From: Octopus vulgaris
Lineage: Eukaryota
DNA length: 64,000 nt
Direction: 5' to 3'
Assembly (NCBI GenBank): GCA_951406725.2
Contig: OX597839.1
Coordinates: 3,658,001 to 3,722,000 of the forward strand
Below the pieces are notes generated by a model. The model was not told the DNA's origin. It was given only the letters and a program-made list of their open reading frames with translations, and did not search any database. Shown piece by piece: positions 62,625 to 64,000 of this stretch (positions are counted from its first letter, which is position 1; every line of letters starts with the position of its first letter). Made by a program: the position numbers and the translations under genes.

Positions 62625-63820
62625 GAGTTTTTCCTGGGGCTGGCCAGATTGGAGCAATCTCACGTATAACCAGCCGAACTTGCAAAGATAATTTGGAATT
62701 CAACTAAAGAAAGAAAATTCCGAATGACCTGTCCTTGTTTTCTTTTTATCGTCTGTCTGGATGAGAAATACTTGTGTGATTTTTTTGCCACCCTGGTAAC
62801 TATTTATCTATTTTTTCCATGTTAATTGTTAACAAGGGAAAAATACACAAATCTCTATATATATATATTATACATATATACATGAGTGGCTGTGTGGTAA
62901 GTAGCTTGCTAACCAACCACATATTTCCAGGTTCAGTCCCACTGCGTGGCATCTTGGGCAAGTATCTTCTGCTATAGCCCCGGGCCGACCAATGCCTTGT
63001 GAGTGGATTTGGTAGACGGAAACTGAAAGAAGCCTGTCGTATATATGTATATATATATATATGTGTGTGTGTGTTTGTGTGTCCGTGTTTGTCCCCCTAA
63101 CATTGCTTGACAACCGATGCTGGTGTGTTTACGTCCCTGTCACTTAGCAGTTCGGCAAAAGAGACCGATAGAATAAGTACTGGGCTTACAAAGAATAAGT
63201 CCCGGGGTTGATTTGCTTGACTAAAGGCAGTGCTCAAGCATGGCCGCAGTCAAATGACTGAAACAAGTAAAAGAGTAAAAGAGTGTGTGTATATATATAT
63301 ATATAAAATACAAAATGGGACAAGAACGCAAAACATCCAGACAGATGAAACAAAGAAAACAAGAATGAATCATTCGGAGTTTTCTTTCTTCAGTCGAGTT
63401 CCAAATTATCTTTGCAATTTCGGTTGGTTATACATGAGATTGCTCCAATCTGGCCAGGAAAAACTAAGCTAAGAGCATTAGATTCCTTGGAAGAAAGCAG
63501 CGAATATATACAAAAACAAGGACGGAAAAAAAGACGGAGAATGTTATACAAATACAAATAACAGGATATAACAACAGGTGTCTTTCGACTAAGGACGAAT
63601 TAAATTAAGCTGGTGTGTAGACACCTGTTGTTATGTTGTTAGGAGGAGGGGAATGAAGGAGGAGAGGATGAAGGGGAAGGAGTAGAAGAGGAGGAAAATG
63701 AGAAATAGGAGGAAGGAGACAGAGGAAGAAGCATACCTGGTCAAGATTTTCCGGAAAAATTTGGCCACCATTTTCTAAAGAGAGGCTTTTGCCCAACAAT
63801 GTGCTGAGTTTGTCGTAAGC
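54835..63820 (-). CDS. Uncharacterised coiled-coil protein, 3' part (7 exons, 340 codons; 5' exons outside the window)
   Basis: Exons 63820-63737, 61972-61815, 60681-60564, 58626-58469, 57861-57697, 56668-56509, 55011-54835, all GT-AG and phase-compatible (0,2,0,2,2,0). Open frame rich in E/K/Q/L heptads (e.g. LHKEVTDLKMALFAANERQEILQRKYEDRK; LEVQSKFLEEENKRLQEKL). No family recognised. Confidence 0.88.
56509..56668 (-). CDS. Coiled-coil gene exon (SGEQVEIIREL...ANHNL)
   Basis: ctacag| ... TTG|gtaag, phase 2-0. Confidence 0.9.
57697..57861 (-). CDS. Coiled-coil gene exon (QLHNQEKMLMKEQL...RRELFS)
   Basis: ttgcag| ... AA|gtaag, phase 2-2. Confidence 0.9.
57945..58455. repeat. Compound trinucleotide tract (GAT/GAC/GGT)n
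   Basis: Direct observation. Confidence 0.95.
58469..58626 (-). CDS. Coiled-coil gene exon (CDINCANSD...AKFLRA)
   Basis: ttgcag| ... AG|gtaac, phase 0-2. Confidence 0.9.
58700..59101 (+). mobile_element. tRNA-derived SINE family A (near full length, internal (TA)/(TG) tract)
   Basis: A box tggctgtgtgg, B box ggttcagtccc, CORE-like cttgggcaagt, 3' gaaacaagtaaaagag repeats; many further copies or fragments (e.g. 1-255-, 2097-2812-, 14424-14720+, 21680-22112-, 38031-38414+, 62884-63283+). Confidence 0.85.
59380..60122 (+). repeat. 145-bp tandem array (5+ units) of RTE-related SINE-like family D
   Basis: Unit starts 59380, 59525, 59670, 59815, 59960, 60104; core ggcgttaggaagggcatccagctgtagaaac; family ends in gacgttaaa(c/t)gatgatgat. 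Confidence 0.88.
60124..60391 (-). mobile_element. CR1-clade LINE 3' fragment inserted in a SINE-like array
   Basis: Minus translation LRGHSEKL...FSVRVADPWNKLPDEMV; (TAAC)n tail. Confidence 0.8.
60564..60681 (-). CDS. Coiled-coil gene exon (KQLLQYQNQLKQEMQK...NNNK)
   Basis: tgcag| ... AAG|gtaag, phase 2-0. Confidence 0.85.
61177..61520 (+). mobile_element. Penelope-like element 3'-end remnant with inverted duplicated terminus, flanked by (TA)n
   Basis: ~90-bp near-perfect inverted arms 61177-61268 / 61351-61445, hammerhead immediately before the right arm, (TA)n on both sides. Confidence 0.65.
61307..61349 (+). ncRNA. Minimal type I hammerhead ribozyme (Penelope-like element type)
   Basis: CCAC-CTGAAGA-TTGTC gatcaa GACAA-GAAAC AATT GTA-GTGG: stem I CCAC/GTGG, intact core, 5-bp stem II, palindromic stem III ACAATTGT, predicted cleavage after GUA (61345). 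Confidence 0.8.
61815..61972 (-). CDS. Coiled-coil gene exon (CDQYEDEVQ...RLEEEKIK)
   Basis: tttctag| ... AA|gtaag, phase 0-2. Confidence 0.88.
62112..62253. mobile_element. Mariner-type MITE
   Basis: 21-bp perfect TIR AGGTTGTCCCAAAAGTTCGTA in TA context. Confidence 0.85.
62884..63283 (+). mobile_element. SINE family A copy
   Basis: Near-identical to 58700-59101. Confidence 0.85.
63737..63820 (-). CDS. Coiled-coil gene exon (AYDKLSTLLG...ENLDQ)
   Basis: cctttcag| ... CAG|gtatg, phase 0-0. Confidence 0.8.
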
Positions 63821-64000
63821 CTGAAAGGAAGCAGAACCAATCATTTTAGTTCAACAACCACAGCAGAAGTTAAAAAAAGAAAAGAAGTGGAATGCAAAGA
63901 AGCAATAAATAATATGTGGCTTTATCTTTCATCTTTTACTTGTTTCAGTCATTAGACTGTGACCATGCTGGGGCAGCACTTTGAAGAATTTTCCGTTTTG

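Overview
Eukaryotic, AT-rich, microsatellite- and SINE-dense genomic DNA. The SINE families and repeat style suggest an octopus (inferred from memory, not searched). Almost all of the ORF track is simple-repeat or SINE noise. Two spliced genes converge. (1) On +, a complete 14-coding-exon cationic amino acid transporter of the SLC7/CAT (slimfast-like) family, CDS 21142-43406, 1809 nt / 602 aa, all introns GT-AG with consistent phases. (2) On -, the last 7 coding exons of an uncharacterised coiled-coil protein, 63820-54835; its 5' end lies outside the window. Mobile DNA includes a mariner relic, a DD37D/maT relic, a Helitron, hAT/mariner/piggyBac-like MITEs, RTE and CR1 fragments, and several SINE families, some amplified into tandem arrays. 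The most unusual signal is a set of (TA)n-flanked fold-back fragments carrying minimal type I hammerhead ribozyme motifs, typical of Penelope-like element ends; one motif is structurally complete (61307-61349). Two copies of a tRNA-headed element carry a hammerhead-like tail and a Penelope-style inverted 3' end, making it a candidate Penelope-mobilised SINE.
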